64,000 bases of DNA, from positions 47,926,001 to 47,990,000 of the forward strand of contig OX597820.1 in assembly GCA_951406725.2 (NCBI GenBank), written 5' to 3'. Under the pieces are notes generated by a model. It did no database searches, had not been told where the DNA came from, and saw only the letters and a list, made by a program, of their open reading frames with translations. Each line of letters starts with the position of its first letter. Position 1 is the stretch's first letter. A program made the translations under genes and the position numbers. Origin of the DNA: Octopus vulgaris. Its lineage: Eukaryota. Positions 39,631 to 54,827 of this stretch are shown one piece after another.

Positions 39631-42600
39631 GTATATATGTATCTGTGTATGTGGCTTTGTATATATGTATGTATATGTGTATATATATATGTATATATGT
39701 ATATAGCTTTATATTGGTGAGCAATATGATGGGTTTGTATTTTATATGTGTGATTACGAGTTGTGTGATATGTGTATGTGTGTATTTATGTATACATGGT
39801 ATTTAGGTTTGCATTTTCGTACAGAGGTGTGGTGTATAATCATTTATTTATATATGCATCTATTCATAAATGCGCGTATATATTTATATGTGTATATGTT
39901 CAAGAGTATATGCATCTGTGCATGAAGTAGGGATAAGGGATGGATAAACGATGGTGAAGAGAAGGTTGGAAAATCCTTCAGAGTAAATTTATAGAGAATA
40001 TGCAAATGATAGGGGACAGGGAAAGAAGGATAGGCGGAATTAAATATAAAAAAATGGGAGATTGTGGAAAACAAGGAAGGAAACCTAAAGAAGAAGGGAA
40101 AAAAAGGAGGAAGGGAGAAATGGAGTGGATAAAGAAAGGAGCTAAGGATGGCATTAAAGGAAATAGGAGAAACATTAAAAGATAGAAAGGAAAGAAAAAC
40201 GAAATGTGGGGGATGGGGGAGGAAGAAAACGAAGTAAGAAGGATGTGGAAAGTCCAATTCATGGACAGAAGGATAAGGAGGAGGAGGAGAGGGAAGAGGA
40301 TAAGGAGAAATAAAAAATTAAAGAAGATAAATAGGACAATGATGGAGGAATAAAATATGGCGATCGGGAGAGCGGGGGAAAGAAGCGAAAAGGAAGAGGA
40401 GATTTGAGAAATAATGAAAGAAAAAAACTCATCAATTTGTTGCAAAACATAAAATAGATAGATAAAGAAAACGGAAGTAAAAGAGAGGAAGATGGAAGAG
40501 AAAACTGAACAGAAGATGCGGCGAAAGAAATGTAGAGTTGAGAAATAGATAGACAGACAGAGAGGGAGAAGGAGAGAGAAAGTGTGTAAGAGAAAGAGAA
40601 GTGGCAAAAGAAAGGAAGACTGATATAAGCTAGTTAAGGCGATAGTGGAAAGAATTAAAACGATGCGATAATAAACAGGTTACAAGCAGACAGTGAGGAT
40701 GGAGCGTATGGGCTTGTAAAAGAGGTTACCGGCACAGAAATGGTCTGGGCCATTAGAAGAACTGTGGGAATTTAAAAGACTTTGATAAAAGGTGTTGTGG
40801 GAAGTGTTGTATTATCAGTAATGAAGCAGCTGCTGCAAAGCGTTGCGTGTGAATGGAAAAAAATTGTAGAGAATGAGCAGCAAATGAAGAACTTCTGAAT
40901 TGTGGGAAAAAGGAAGAGTTGGGGGGAAGAAAATGTTGTGGGATGAAAGAGTTGTTAGGATAGTGGAAGAGTTGTGGGAAGAAGGAAAGTGATGCGAGGG
41001 AGAGAGGAAAAGTTATGTGAAGAAACAAAGTGTTGTAGGAAGAACGCAAGAGTTGTGGGAAGAAAGGAAAAATTTTCCTATGGAATTAGAAAAGTTGTGG
41101 GGTTATGTTTTGTGGGAATAAAATTATTTGAAGGTAGGGGTTTTGAAGTAGGACACTGCAAAATTTGAAAGATTAGAAAATTGGTGGAATTGATTATTTT
41201 TGAAAATACAGAGTCTGCCGGAAAAAGACAGTACCCGAGAAAGAAAATATGGTTGCATTTATATTATTGCAGGAACGAAAAAAGGTCCATATGAAAAAAA
41301 GATGTGAGAATATTACTAAAATTGTAGTAGTTGTTGATCAAACAAACGTATGGTTAAAGATGTTCCAGTCATGGCCACCATTTGACCTGTGCATCTCGAA
41401 CTACAATATTTACTTTGTCCCACACTTTTCCCTACAGTAGGGGAGGGTAGGTATTTTCGATGCTCTTCGATCAGGACGATTGGTCAACTAGAAGTTCGCT
41501 TGTTGCTTTCGTGCTGTGTTGGCTTTATTCCTTTTTAGCACCATCGTTATCATCTGATCGGGCGACCCATTCATTGCAGACATACTGAGCCAGCAAAATA
41601 TCGAATGATTGACTGTAGCCGTTGACTGTTTGTTCTATGTTCATTTGCTTAGTATCTAGAAAAGTTCGTTATTGATCCAATAAAATGCATTTACCTAAAT
41701 AGTTCAGATCCACAATGTTGCATCACATGGCTTCAATCTACTCTTGATCGGGTGTTTACATATTATTTAACCCATATTTGGGACTTTCATAGGTTCTAGA
41801 ACTCCGGGTCAGAGTAGGCCTAGGTAGAATTGTAGCTAAGAAGTGGTTCCACATTCCTCAAAAACGCTGGAACTCTCGAACAAGGGCCCCAATCCTGCTT
41901 GCGTTTTAAAGTCATACTCTTGATCAGTCCTCATCAACTAAATCTATAATCATAATGAAATTTTTTTCAGCCGTGACCATCTACTTACTGTTTCAACAGA
42001 CAATATACAAAAAAAAAATACATTGCTCAATATATTTCCCCATTCTTAAAACAGCTGAGCGTGATCTGAAAAGAATTTAGTTGTTATTTCTTGTAGGTCG
42101 AGCGATTGAGTTGACTTTTTAATTGGTTCGTAAGTTTTAAGTCTGCATCGTCAATGTTATTGATTTGGCTGAAGATAAGCCTAACTGAAGTGACCGATAT
42201 ACGGCTACCATCCTAAATACAACCACAATTCATTTTACTCATGAGTATGTTTTCCAGGGTCACGTTAGCCACTGTATACTTTTATGAAACGTTACAGTGT
42301 GACTTGAAATACTTTAGGCTGCTATTTCTATAAGGTCAAGCGACGACTTAGATGTTCTCGGGTTGACTCGGTTGCTGCGTTACTCGAATCCACTTTCGAG
42401 TATTTGTAACGTCTAGTGCACGACACAATAAAGAATCTGTACCGTATCTAAAGAGACAACAAGAAGAAACGACATTTTCGACTGTTCATTTATATATACA
42501 TATACGCATAATTGTAAGTATGTATATAAAAATACAATAAGATATTCTAATAGCATATTAATATATTATCATATATTAAATACATTATAATATAGGTGAC

Positions 42601-42883
42601 TATAGCAATTAAAACCTAGAAGGCAAATTCATAAATAAGGGTCCAAACAGTACCTACAATATATGCATGTATTATACATACGCTAATATCGAACAGTGAG
42701 AATGAGTGCTCAACACCGCAGTGGTGGATAATTTTTTCTTTATTCGTGGTTTAACATGGCAGACAAAGGTTTCATGTGAAGAGGTTTTCACATGTTCAAG
42801 CGAACAAACATTTCCATGTAGCACGCTTGACCAATTGAGAAAATCTCTTGACAAGAAATCTTTGGTTGACTTGTTAATATATA

Positions 42884-42970
<87 letters not shown>

Positions 42971-43149
42971 CGTGTGTATTCATATAAATGTGTGCGTGTA
43001 TATAGTCTAAGAATTGTACAAAAACTTGGAAACCAGTGGATGAAGTATTATTGGATTCTCATCTTGAACACATGAATTGAAGTCTATAGAACAACACCTT
43101 CCGATTTCGAGTAAGTTGTATAATTATTCAACTGTCGGTTTATAAAGTG

Positions 43150-43337
43150 GTTTTAATCTTGGCTCGAAGTCAGTAGTTTTTAATGGGATGTGGCGAAATC
43201 GATTATAACGACCCCAAATCTCAATGAGAAATTACTTTATCGACCTCAGCGGAATTTGAACTCAGAACTCAAAGATGGACGAAGTGTGAATAAACATTTA
43301 GCCCGACATACTAACGATTCACCCAGATCAATGCCTT
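43150..43337 (-). mobile_element. Old SINE C
   Basis: CGACCTCAGCGGAATTTGAACTCAGAAC...CTAACGATTC. Confidence 0.75.
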
Positions 43338-43590
43338 AATTCAGTTCATAAATTAAAACATTACTCTATATTTTAATGCCTTGAATTTTTTTTTTTTTTT
43401 GATTATTTAGATTCAGAAATACACACATATACACTCACACATAATTATACACACACATACATGCGGGCGCACACACGGACACACACATACACACACACAC
43501 ACACATATATATATGTATATATATGTGTGTATGTGTGTATGTGTATATATGTATGTATATATGTATGAATGTGAGTACTTATATATATAT

Positions 43591-43633
<43 letters not shown>

Positions 43634-44076
43634 AAGAGGGTGATAATCAATTCCCCATCTATCCTGGCCACGTACATAATGTCTCTTACACCCCCACTCC
43701 CTTAATCACCCTCATTACCAAATCTTTATTCTCAATTCTTTCATCTATGCTTTTTATCTCTCCTCAAATCCCCTCCTTCTCTTACCCCATCTTTCTTACA
43801 TTCTTCCATCATCTATCCGAACTCTAACACTTCTGTTCCTTCAAGATTAAAGAATTACGAGACATATGCATCGTTTAATCTCCAACGTGTCGCTTCATTA
43901 CACGGAAGGCAGCTGTTAGTACTGACTAGAATTAGATCGCGGTGTTTGATGGTTTATAAGTACACACATATATGCTTACACAAACATACTATAACAATGG
44001 ACATATATCAAATTTAGTTAACACATTTCCATACATAGCTATGTGTGCGTATATATGTTTATACGCATATTTAATG

Positions 44077-44107
<31 letters not shown>

Positions 44108-44121
44108 ATTATATGTCTCTG

Positions 44122-44152
<31 letters not shown>

Positions 44153-44434
44153 GATAGATAGATAGATAGATGACAGCGTTTGTATGCATTTCTGTTTATG
44201 CATGCATATAAGCGCATATGTGTGTTTCTGTGTTTATATCCATACGTATGATATATATGCTTATACTATTTTGCATAATCAATATGTATATCCGCCTCAA
44301 AATTTTAATATTTATACATGCATACATGTATATTTGTGTATACAAACATGTATGTCTGTGTGTGTGTGTGTATGAGTGCGTGTGTGTGGCATGCTACACA
44401 ACCATGCACCTATTCCACACTTAATACGCACACA

Positions 44435-44530
<96 letters not shown>

Positions 44531-44622
44531 CACACACACATATATATATGTCTATACATACATTCAGATGAATATGGTACTTAAGTTGAGGCACCAGAAT
44601 TTAGTATGGAACTATGCATACA

Positions 44623-44715
<93 letters not shown>

Positions 44716-45049
44716 TCTGTCTATTTCTGTATATCCATACATATATGTGTATGTTTCTGTATAGACATACACACATATATATATATACATGTATGCATAC
44801 ATAAGTGCATACTTACCCACACACGATCACATATTTATATTTTCTCATTAATTCTGGTTACATTTTTACTTGCAAATATATGCACTTGAATGCAGGCATC
44901 CATACACGTGTTGGCACATGAATATATATTTTCAACAAACGCATTCATTTTCTGTCTGTCTGTCTGTCTCTCTCTCTCTCACACACACACACTAGCCTTC
45001 ACGCGTAGGCACACACCATACTCCAACAGTAACATACATACTGTGGCGC

Positions 45050-45134
<85 letters not shown>

Positions 45135-45338
45135 TATATATAAATATACATATATATATACATATACATATATGTATATGTGTATATATATGCATGTATA
45201 CATATATATATGTGTATATATATATAAATATATATATATATATGTGTGTATATATGTACATATATATGTATATATATGTACATATATACATATATATATA
45301 CATATATATATACATATATATATTTATATATGTGTATA

Positions 45339-45419
<81 letters not shown>

Positions 45420-45420
45420 C
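45050..45420. repeat. Long interrupted (TA)n array
   Basis: Directly visible. Confidence 0.95.
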
Positions 45421-46011
45421 TACGTATTTATTATTTTTTTAAAATTCGCAAGGATACACAATATTAGTACAACTGATCATCTTATCACGCAAGAATTCTC
45501 TAGAAATTGTAACAACACTATAATTATCATGTGATGGTCTTTATCAAGGTTTGTTGAGAAGTTGTAAGGGAAGACGTTATCAAAATATAATTATTTTCTC
45601 ATTAGTATCAGCGTCTTTGTTTTTCTGTCTTCTTTAACGGTTATTGTATTCAGAATTCCGACAGTCTCTGCACTGCACTCTGTCACTAAGAACATTCTTT
45701 TAGACAATTAAGAGCCTCAAATATACCCTTTGCTAGGAAGGAGTTTTAGAAATATATAAAAAAAATAAATAAAAAAATGTTTGTTTTTCTTTTTCAGTGT
45801 TTCGAGTCAGAATCTGCCCTTCATCCTCGATCAACATTATTATATAGACAGTAGTGTGTAATGCATACACGCACACGTACACACACACACACACACACGC
45901 ACACATACACACACAGATATGTGTGTGCATGTGGTTGTGTGTGTGTGAAAGTTCGGTTGAGACAAGCGGACGCTAAAATACACAGATACATACACATAAA
46001 CATATATAAAT

Positions 46012-46043
<32 letters not shown>

Positions 46044-46374
46044 TTATATATATATATATATGCATACAAATACATACACACATATGTATATAAGAATGCA
46101 TACACATATATTTACACACACACATATATGTGTGGGTGTGCGTGTGCGTACACGCACACTCATGTACATCTATAGATATATATCTATATGTTTATATATG
46201 TACATATATATATATGTAACTATATGTATGTATATATATATAAATATATACAAGTATATATATACTTGTATCCATATATATATATAATCTATCTATCTAT
46301 CTATCTACCTATCAATATATATATACATACATATGTGTATGTGTGTGTATGTACTCACACACACACACATAGAA

Positions 46375-46405
<31 letters not shown>

Positions 46406-46754
46406 TGTTATTAATTACATTCTCAGATTTCATTGTCTGGTTTATTTCTTGAAATTAATAAATGTGTACAAACATTATCCGTTACTGAATTTCAACGGAA
46501 AATGTCTTCAGACACGGCCACACAATAGAATTTCGTACAAATAGTTATATTATTGAAAGTATTGAATTACGAAATTCAAGCGAGCGATTCTGATTGATTA
46601 CACCCTCTTGTGTCACGATATCCATTCCCACTGAAATCGATTTCAAATATTTCACTTCTCGCCTAAAATTTATGGGACCTTATCTATGTTAGGCAACGTT
46701 GGTATCAGTACGATATGTAATACTAATAATAACACTGTGTTAACTAAATTTTAA

Positions 46755-47112
46755 GTTTTTTCTGTCATTGCTCAGTAAGTGTTATTTCCAGTTTGTTTCT
46801 ATCTCGAAATCAAAAGAAATGACTACTATTCCCTTCAAACTTTGCTTTTGGGACCTGGACATCAATGTTTTCAAACTCTTCTATTTTCCATCACATTTCT
46901 GATAGCTTCAGCGATGAGTTGCTTTAGCAGAAATATCGTTATAGCAATTACTCTGCTTAATACCACAGATTTGCTTGTCAGTTGTTTGAGCTTAACCAGT
47001 TGAGCATGTCCCTTAGTGGTTGTCAATATGTGCATCTCTGATCACGAGCAGGAGTAGTGCAGGAACATCATAGACATGTGCTAAGACGGACTATTTGAGG
47101 TTTGAATAAATG
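46755..47112 (-). mobile_element. Old fragment of the same family as 60593-60920 (probable R4/Dong 5' region)
   Basis: CATAGACATGTGCTAAGACGGACTATTTGAGGTTTGAATAA aligns with ATAGCCATGTGTTGAGAGGGATTCTTTGGGGTTTGAATAA at 60593. Confidence 0.55.
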
Positions 47113-47129
47113 TAACAAAAGCAATGTTA

Positions 47130-48030
47130 GAAGGAAATATTAGCCATTTTTCATACTCTCTAAGGGTAAGCAAACAGAAAATGACTATTGGTAATCAAGG
47201 ACATAAAATCGTGTTACACGGTTTCGTGAAACTTTTACTAAAACTGCTATAATAACTGTATAAGAGTTTTATTTGTTTCCATTGCACTACCAGATGCTCC
47301 ACAGTCCTGTACTTGATGAATATATAGCATTGTTCTTTTGAGATTGTAGAACTGTGTTTGTATACGACATCAATTGTGTGTTTGTATACGACAATTGTAC
47401 AACATTGAGGGAGTTTTATAGTTTTTGGTGTCGTTTTAATGTTTCATTTGTTGTGCAGATTATGTGCCATGCTAGCCACCTTGTTTTGTTGAGATGGCGT
47501 TAGTTTCGTATATGCTATCTTCTGGTATCGAGTAGGAATAATATACAGGCTGTGTTTAGTTGATTATGGTATCGTATGTAGGGAGAATCGAGTATCGATT
47601 GTGCAAAGGAATGCATTGTGCTATATTGTTTACCGGTGAAGTCGTAGATAATTCGTGATGTGAACTGGATTGTTATAGTATTAGTTTTGTAGAAAGAGCG
47701 TTCAGTTCGAGGTGTGCTATTCAATTTAACGTGTCTTGTGTTGGACATGATCTGTATTTGCCAGGTTTATCTTTTGGAGAGTGTGTAACATCGTGAGCCC
47801 TGGTATAATTTTCTATTTTCATTAATAGTTCTTACTAGACCTACTTTTCAACTTATTGATATTGTTTCCACTTCCATGCCCTATATCCTGGTTATTTCAG
47901 CATGAAAGTCTGCTATTTGTAGTTTATCTACCTTCTTCCGAGGATATATATGTGAGGTTTGTCATAGTACAGATATTATCGGGCCGGCTTTAGACCAATG
48001 TCTGTGACGTTTGTAACTGATTCGTTCTCA
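47130..48030 (-). mobile_element. Possible decayed Penelope-like (GIY-YIG) remnant
   Basis: Minus DVVYK...CYI-like words near 47320-47400; heavily degenerate. Confidence 0.3.
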
Positions 48031-50027
48031 CTTTCTATATACGTAACAATCCATTTACTTTAAACAAGACTTTATATATTTCCAAAAAAATGTTTAGAAT
48101 ATATTCAATATGACTTCCTTTATTAGAAGAGCAGTGAACGATAATAGAGTAGCAGTGGTTATTTACTGCCAGAACGAAAACGATGAAATAATTGTCGAAT
48201 ACAAGAAAACAAATGTAAGGAAAATAAACAAAATTCACAACACAGAAACAATGACAACGAAATAGATTCACTCATAAACACAAGTAATCACATTTTCACA
48301 CCCCCAGAAAATGCACAATTTCATAACATAATCAAATGTAACAACAGCATCAACAATAATAATAGTCGAATTTAACAAAAAATAAACAATAATTCTAATT
48401 TCACAATTTTGTTTTGAACAATACGAAATAGTGTTCCAACAATTTTTCGCTAATGTCACCATAATAGAAATGGAATAAATATATATGGTATATCAGAGAA
48501 AATAATCTTCAGGGAAATATGAAGAAAAGAAACGCTTCCCTTATCTGAGGTCCTTATCCAAATGAGAGCAAAGCGGAAAGTTCCTATTTTCCAAATCTTC
48601 TATGTTCTCAAAATCCTCTCTTAATACTCTTAGTGCAAAAAATGGAGGGAGCTCTGACAAATTGAGTATGAGACGAGAATGTATCATACATTTGCTCATA
48701 GACTTGTGACATAATTCATACGTGATGCAGCTCGAGAGTTATAATGAAAAACATATTAGATAATATTGCACCCCGGTTTATCGCCGGGAAAGGCAAAGGA
48801 GGAGATAAAGCAATAAACAGTAATAAGAGGAGGTGTTAGAGAATGCTGTTTCTAGAGTACGTCTTGACACACCACTGTTTGCAACGCCGGTGATAGCCAA
48901 CACAAAAAAAGAAAAATCGTTTCACCATCGGTTTAAGCGCCCACTTCGCTTCAATATCCAACACCACCATATCATAAGAGGTATTGGGGAAAAGATGAAC
49001 TACAAATAATAATGTAACTCCATCGATAGCAGCGGATAAAGTAAGAAAATAAATGCAAAATCCTTTAACGAGTTTATCCAAATAAAATGTAAGCAAAATG
49101 TTTTGGATAAGCCATCTCCTCATGAAAACGTGTTGTTTATAGGATTTCGTAGGACAGGCAGCCAATTGATGAGCAATGTACACCAGTAGTCCTTAAACTG
49201 ACAATAACTGTGCCTCTTGCCAATAAAAAACCTAATAAGTGAAATTTTTACTCCACTTTTCTTTGTTTATTAGAAAACACAATAGAGATTACATCGATGT
49301 AATTCTTCCTTTGCTGCAGAGTGGGAGAGCTTTAAAAGGTTTAAAACAAACTTAATTCTACTAAACATGGGTATTTATCCGACCCGTTTCCAATCCCGAT
49401 AAGAGCAGGGTCTGTCCAACGGAACCGTGTCTGTGTTATAAGAAACGATGATGTAAAAGGTTTGTAATAAAATCTACCGAAAAACCAAAAGCAGACTTGT
49501 GAGAAGAAGGGCTCCAATTCGGTAGAGCAACGAAAAGATAAACTTTTGGAGATACACCACCTTATAAGGCTTGGAACTGATCTGATTTATTTATCATTAA
49601 GACGCAGGTTTTTCCTCTCCTATTCTGACATACAAGATGATCAACCATGATCGACTATTTTCATTAATTGGTTGCATGCAGAGTACATGGAAACAAAGAA
49701 ACCAGTTTATAGGCTGCTGGTAAAACCAGATCATAGCTTCTCATCGAATACGTGGCGCAGTTACCCTAATTCGTTTATATTTCCTTTCCTTCATTTGTAT
49801 TTATGTATATATGCGTACTTTGTCTAATTTATCAGTTTACCAAAATTTTGATTTACCCTAACATTGTATAACATTTGTCTGCATCGTTTTTTTATATGTA
49901 ACTGTGTTTGTACGTCTCCTAACCTCTTGTAAACTTGTTTTTTTTTGTAAGATACATGTCAATGCAGAATTTGATCATTACCAACAATTAAATAAAATAA
50001 TTGCCGTTATTATTACGATTATGAAGA

Positions 50028-50910
50028 AGGCGGCGAGCTGGCTGAATTGTTAGCACGCCGAGCAAAATGCTTAGCGGTTTACGATCTGAGTTCAAATTCC
50101 ACTGTGGTCGACTTTGCCTTTCTTCCTTTCGGTGTCGATAAAATAAGTACCAGTTGAACACTGGGGTCGATGTAACCGTCTCATCCCCACCTTCCCATGC
50201 TACCCTTGTGGCAAACATTTGAATTAATTATTATTATGATTATTAAGAAGGTGGAGAGGTGGCAGAATCTTTAGTACGCCGGACAAAATGCTTAGTGGCA
50301 TTTCGTTCGTCTTTACCATCTGAATTCAAATTACGCCGAGGTCGACTTTGCCTTTCATCCTTTAGGGGTGGATAAATTAAGTACCAGTGAAACACTGGGC
50401 TCAACGTGATCGACTAGTCCTCTCCCTCAAAATTTCAAGTTTTGTACCTATAAATTAATTATTATTATGATTATTAAGAAGGTGGAGAGGTGGCAGAATC
50501 GTTAGCACGCCGAGTGAAATACTTAGCAGTATTTCGTCTGCCGTTACGTTGTGAGTTCAAATTTCGCTGAAGTCGACGTTGCCTTTCATCCTTTCGGGGT
50601 CGATAAATTAAGTACCAGTTACGCACTGGGGTCGATGTAATCGACTTAATCCGTTTGTCTGTCCTTGTTTGTCCTCTCTGTGTTTAGCCCCTTGTGGGAA
50701 ATAAAGAAATAAGAATCGTTAGGACGCCGAGAAAAATGCTTAGTGGCATTTCATCCGTCTTTGCAATCTGAGTTCAAATTCAGCCGAGGTCGACTTTGCC
50801 TTTCATCCTTTCGGGTTCGTTAGAATAAGTACAAGTCGAACACTGGGGTCGATATAATCGACTCATTCTCACTTCCTCCAAGCTGCCCTTGTGGCAAAAA
50901 ATTGAAACAA
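50028..50910 (+). mobile_element. Cluster of four SINE C units, one Tx1-tailed copy apparently nested in another's head
   Basis: Repeated core; AGAATCGTTAG duplicated at 50495-50505 and 50712-50722. Confidence 0.9.
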
Positions 50911-52584
50911 TGTTAATGATAATAATAATAATCATGATTGTTATTATTATTATTATTAACTATTGAATGTCATGTACTATTTAACCATGTCACTTTACAT
51001 TATCATACGAAATACTACAACAATAATAAAAGGATAAAGTGCACAACATCTGATAATGTTGTGAAAAAATTACCCTTTATTCACCTGCTGCCGAAGATAT
51101 AACTACTGAAGAGAATTAAGTCATTCCTATAATTCGCTATTTGTTGATCGAATGATTCTTTATGAAGTTAGCTGATTCAAGTAGCAAATTACACGTAGAT
51201 TTTGGTCCCGTATTTTAAACGTAATTTATTTGATGCTATACATAGAAAGCTAAACCATTTGTGCATTTTAAAACTTCATTATGAATTACGCTGTTTATCC
51301 TTATTTTGGTGTCTATTCTGATTAATTATTATCTCTCTAGTGTTTTATATGACTATATCTAGAGATCCTATCATTATAGGTATTACAGTTATCTTCTCAG
51401 AGATCTCGTATTTGCAATATTTCGCTTCATAATTAATATACAACATAATACGTAGTATTCTCAAATATCATAATATCAGTTATCTCACATTTGTCTGATC
51501 TTTCTTTTTTCCCTACAACAATATCAGGTCTTGTACAATTTATCTATTTATACCATCGTAGTATTTGCTGGTGTTTAGTCTCAGGTCGACTTAATTGAAT
51601 AGTCCTTTGATCAAATGTATTCTATGTATGATCATGTTGGGTTTGTATTCACTTAGTACAGTTGTATATATGGCTATATTATCTAAAGTGCCTTTTGTAT
51701 TATTAAAACGATAGTCTATGATTTGGTGTAGATATGTCTTTTGTTTCTGTTAAGTCGTTCGACCTTATACATGTTTCACTGTTAGTTTGTCTAACGATAG
51801 CAAAGTCCCAAATGATTCATAATATTTCATACACTTTTGATTCATTTCTTGATAGTACAGTACAGGATATCGAGTCAACAAATTCTTTGCAACATCTACA
51901 ACCTGATCACAGATAAATTTCTGCTATTACTCTTTGAGCTAGTAATAGCTAGATAATCTACTAAACTTCTGACATTTTATAGTAGCGTTGCCTAGCCGGG
52001 GTTCTCAGGATCTCTATCTCTCTGCAAGAGGTTGCAGAGGTTTCGTGTTAAATACTGATAAATAGATGAAATATATGCGAACGTAGTTTTATTTCATTTT
52101 TATGCATAATTATATATTCATAGTTTTATTATACGCAAATGGCATCTCTCTTTAGGAAGGGCAGCCTCTAGTGAGAATGTCCTCTTGAATGGAAATTGTA
52201 TAAGAAATTGGCCTAAACCTGTTGGTAGTTGAGTAGAAATGTCTCCAACCTTATTTGTGGCGTCTAACGGATATAGCATTACAAAATATTTCAAATGTAG
52301 TAATATGCATTGTTCAATCTTTTATTACGTTTAACTTTATCAACTTAAAAAAAGGAGTAATCAACATAACCATGTGTATAACATTTCTTACCTAAATGTA
52401 AAAGGATAGTTGTAACATTTGGTCTCGGAGTAAACTTCTCGAACTCCAACAATTCGTTATAAATTTTGAAGAATAATATGGGGATTGATGATGCAGTTAT
52501 ACTATTTAAAGAAACCTTTTTATTCTGATTACCTCTCTTGCATTAAATCTCTGTCTGTCTATTTCTCTGTTTGTCTTTCTGTCC

Positions 52585-52660
<76 letters not shown>

Positions 52661-53367
52661 GTCTGTCTGTCTGTCTGTCTGTTTGTGTGTCTGTCTTCAT
52701 TCATTCATTCTTCCATCCATCCACAGAAAATTATGTACGTATGCAATTTTTCACTTATATTTGTATATATGCCTGTACATGAATACGCATGTGACTGCAT
52801 GTATGTATGTATGTATGTATATATTTATATGCGTGTACGTATGTATGTTTGCATACATATTCACAAACACACCTAAATATGTGTGTGTGTGTGCGTGTGT
52901 GTGACGATGTGTGTATGTATTTTATACCTAAGTATTTATGACCTTCTATATTTAGCTAAGTGATAATTTCTTTATCCAAACATCTATCTCAATACTTCCA
53001 ACGATTTCCCTTTCCCCATTATTAAATTGCTACAGTTTTTAATCCCAAATTCCATTTCAATATCTTCCCTAAATCCATACAGACCATTGCATTATAGAAT
53101 CTATTTGATCTTCAATTTTACCAACAGCTTCCAGTTATCCATAAATAAATCGGGATCTACTCTACAAGCACGCACGCACACACACATCCCCCCCCCACAC
53201 ACACACGTACTCACACACACACAGTGCATGTGTTTATGCAAGTATGTTGTATGTATTTATGCATAAATACATAGATATATATTACATTATATATATATAT
53301 GTGCGTGTGTGTTTATATATACATATGATATTCATATATGTATGTAGGTATATATGTATATATGTAT

Positions 53368-53422
<55 letters not shown>

Positions 53423-54249
53423 TACATATATATACATACTTATTATATCTATGTATAAACGTTTATATATATTTTGTATACATCCATTTATGCGCCTGTA
53501 TATGTGTGACTGTGTGTCTGTGTTACCAGTCTTGTTAATACTAAATTATTATGCTTCTAACAAAAACACGGGGAACAATCTATCGCTATGATATATTCAT
53601 CTAGAGATCTTAAAGTTTCTCACATCTTCTCGAGTACAAAACTTCATTTCGGTTTCCATTTACCCATAATCTTTATAATTAACTTTCTTGTGTTCCCTGC
53701 TACTTCTGTATTTATGACGTATGGTACCGCTCTTATACATCTCAAGTTCAAGCAGCATCGAGGTGTTTTTTTCTGTTTCATCTATATGCATGGTGGCTGG
53801 TGGAGTGGGTTTAATCAACGGTTCTACCCTTTCTTGTTTCCGAAATTATGGATAATCTGAAGAATCGCTTCTCTATCGTTTTGTAGAACGATCATTGCTT
53901 TTCCTGTGTGGGTTGATTGTTCAGGGATAAATCTTCAGGGTACGATATATTTCTTGATAATTTTCCAGATGAAGCCTGGTTAATTTGAGAACACGGACTT
54001 ATTGCACTGAAACATCACCCTCAAGCGATGATTAGCAGCAGCAGCACCACCACCAACACCACAAACACCACCACCACCACCACCACCACCATCACCACGA
54101 TAAGCTCCAGCACCACTACCACAACTTATACCACCTGTTCTTTGATCCCAAGCTGATACCTGTTCTTGTCCTTCAAGGCGAAGAACTCCTTCACTAAATT
54201 CCTCACCTCGACTTGGTTAATGAAACGTCGCAAGCTCGAGAAATGAACG

Positions 54250-54590
54250 ACGATTCGGAACAATTAATAGTCCTCGTGAGATACTTTTCTGCAGTCCTAA
54301 CGTGTGTAAGCAGTGGTTAAAAATGAGCCAGCTTCCAGAAACTGTCGCCAAACATTGACGTTTCGAACATAAGACGATGCTCTGCGTCTGGTAGAGTTAT
54401 GAAGGAATAATTTACTACGAGTTCGTTCCGAACGAAGGAACCATCGATGTCAACCTGTACTCCGGACAGCTGCAGCTGATGTATGCCATTGTACAGCAAA
54501 CATACCCAGCGTTGGTTGACAGAAAGCGAGATCTTAAGCAGCAAAATAACGCAAGATTCATACTACTCGAACAAACGGGAACCAAGAATT
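54250..54590 (+). mobile_element. mariner (DD34D-type) transposase pseudogene fragment
   Basis: KQWL...KTMLCVW*SYEGIIYYEFVPNEGTIDVNLYSGQL...YPALVDRKRDLKQQNNAR. Confidence 0.85.
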
Positions 54591-54676
54591 TGAGCGTATA
54601 ATCTGGACTTAGTTCAACACAACAGAAACGAAACTGTAAAATCTACACATATTTTTACAATATGTATTTGTATATT

Positions 54677-54827
54677 TGTTGTATGGACGTCCCTAGACGA
54701 TGAAGTAGGCTAGCCAAATACGTAGATATAGTGGGAGAAGCCTAGACGTCAGAGTTCAGACTAGAATAGAGTAGCAGTCAGAGTGGAGAGAAGTTGAGTA
54801 GAAGGCATCCGAACGTGCGACATAACA
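54677..54827. mobile_element. Probable short solo LTR
   Basis: TGTTGTATG...CATAACA termini; 5-bp TSD ATATT at 54672-54676 and 54828-54832. Confidence 0.55.

Noticed and set aside
39844-40607. 137- and 209-aa minus-strand hydrophobic ORFs
   Set aside because: Complement of a GA-rich low-complexity tract
42755-42800. Hairpin CATGTGAA...TTCACATG with adjacent minus-strand GAAAC...GUC as a hammerhead
   Set aside because: No CUGANGA core at the required position
44890-45534. 214-aa YI-repeat ORF and similar YI/HT/CV/LSIY ORFs throughout the window
   Set aside because: Dinucleotide and tetranucleotide microsatellites lacking stop codons
50028-50910. CRISPR-like or regularly spaced repeat array
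   Set aside because: Eukaryotic context; the units are ~200-bp SINE copies with no unique spacers or cas genes
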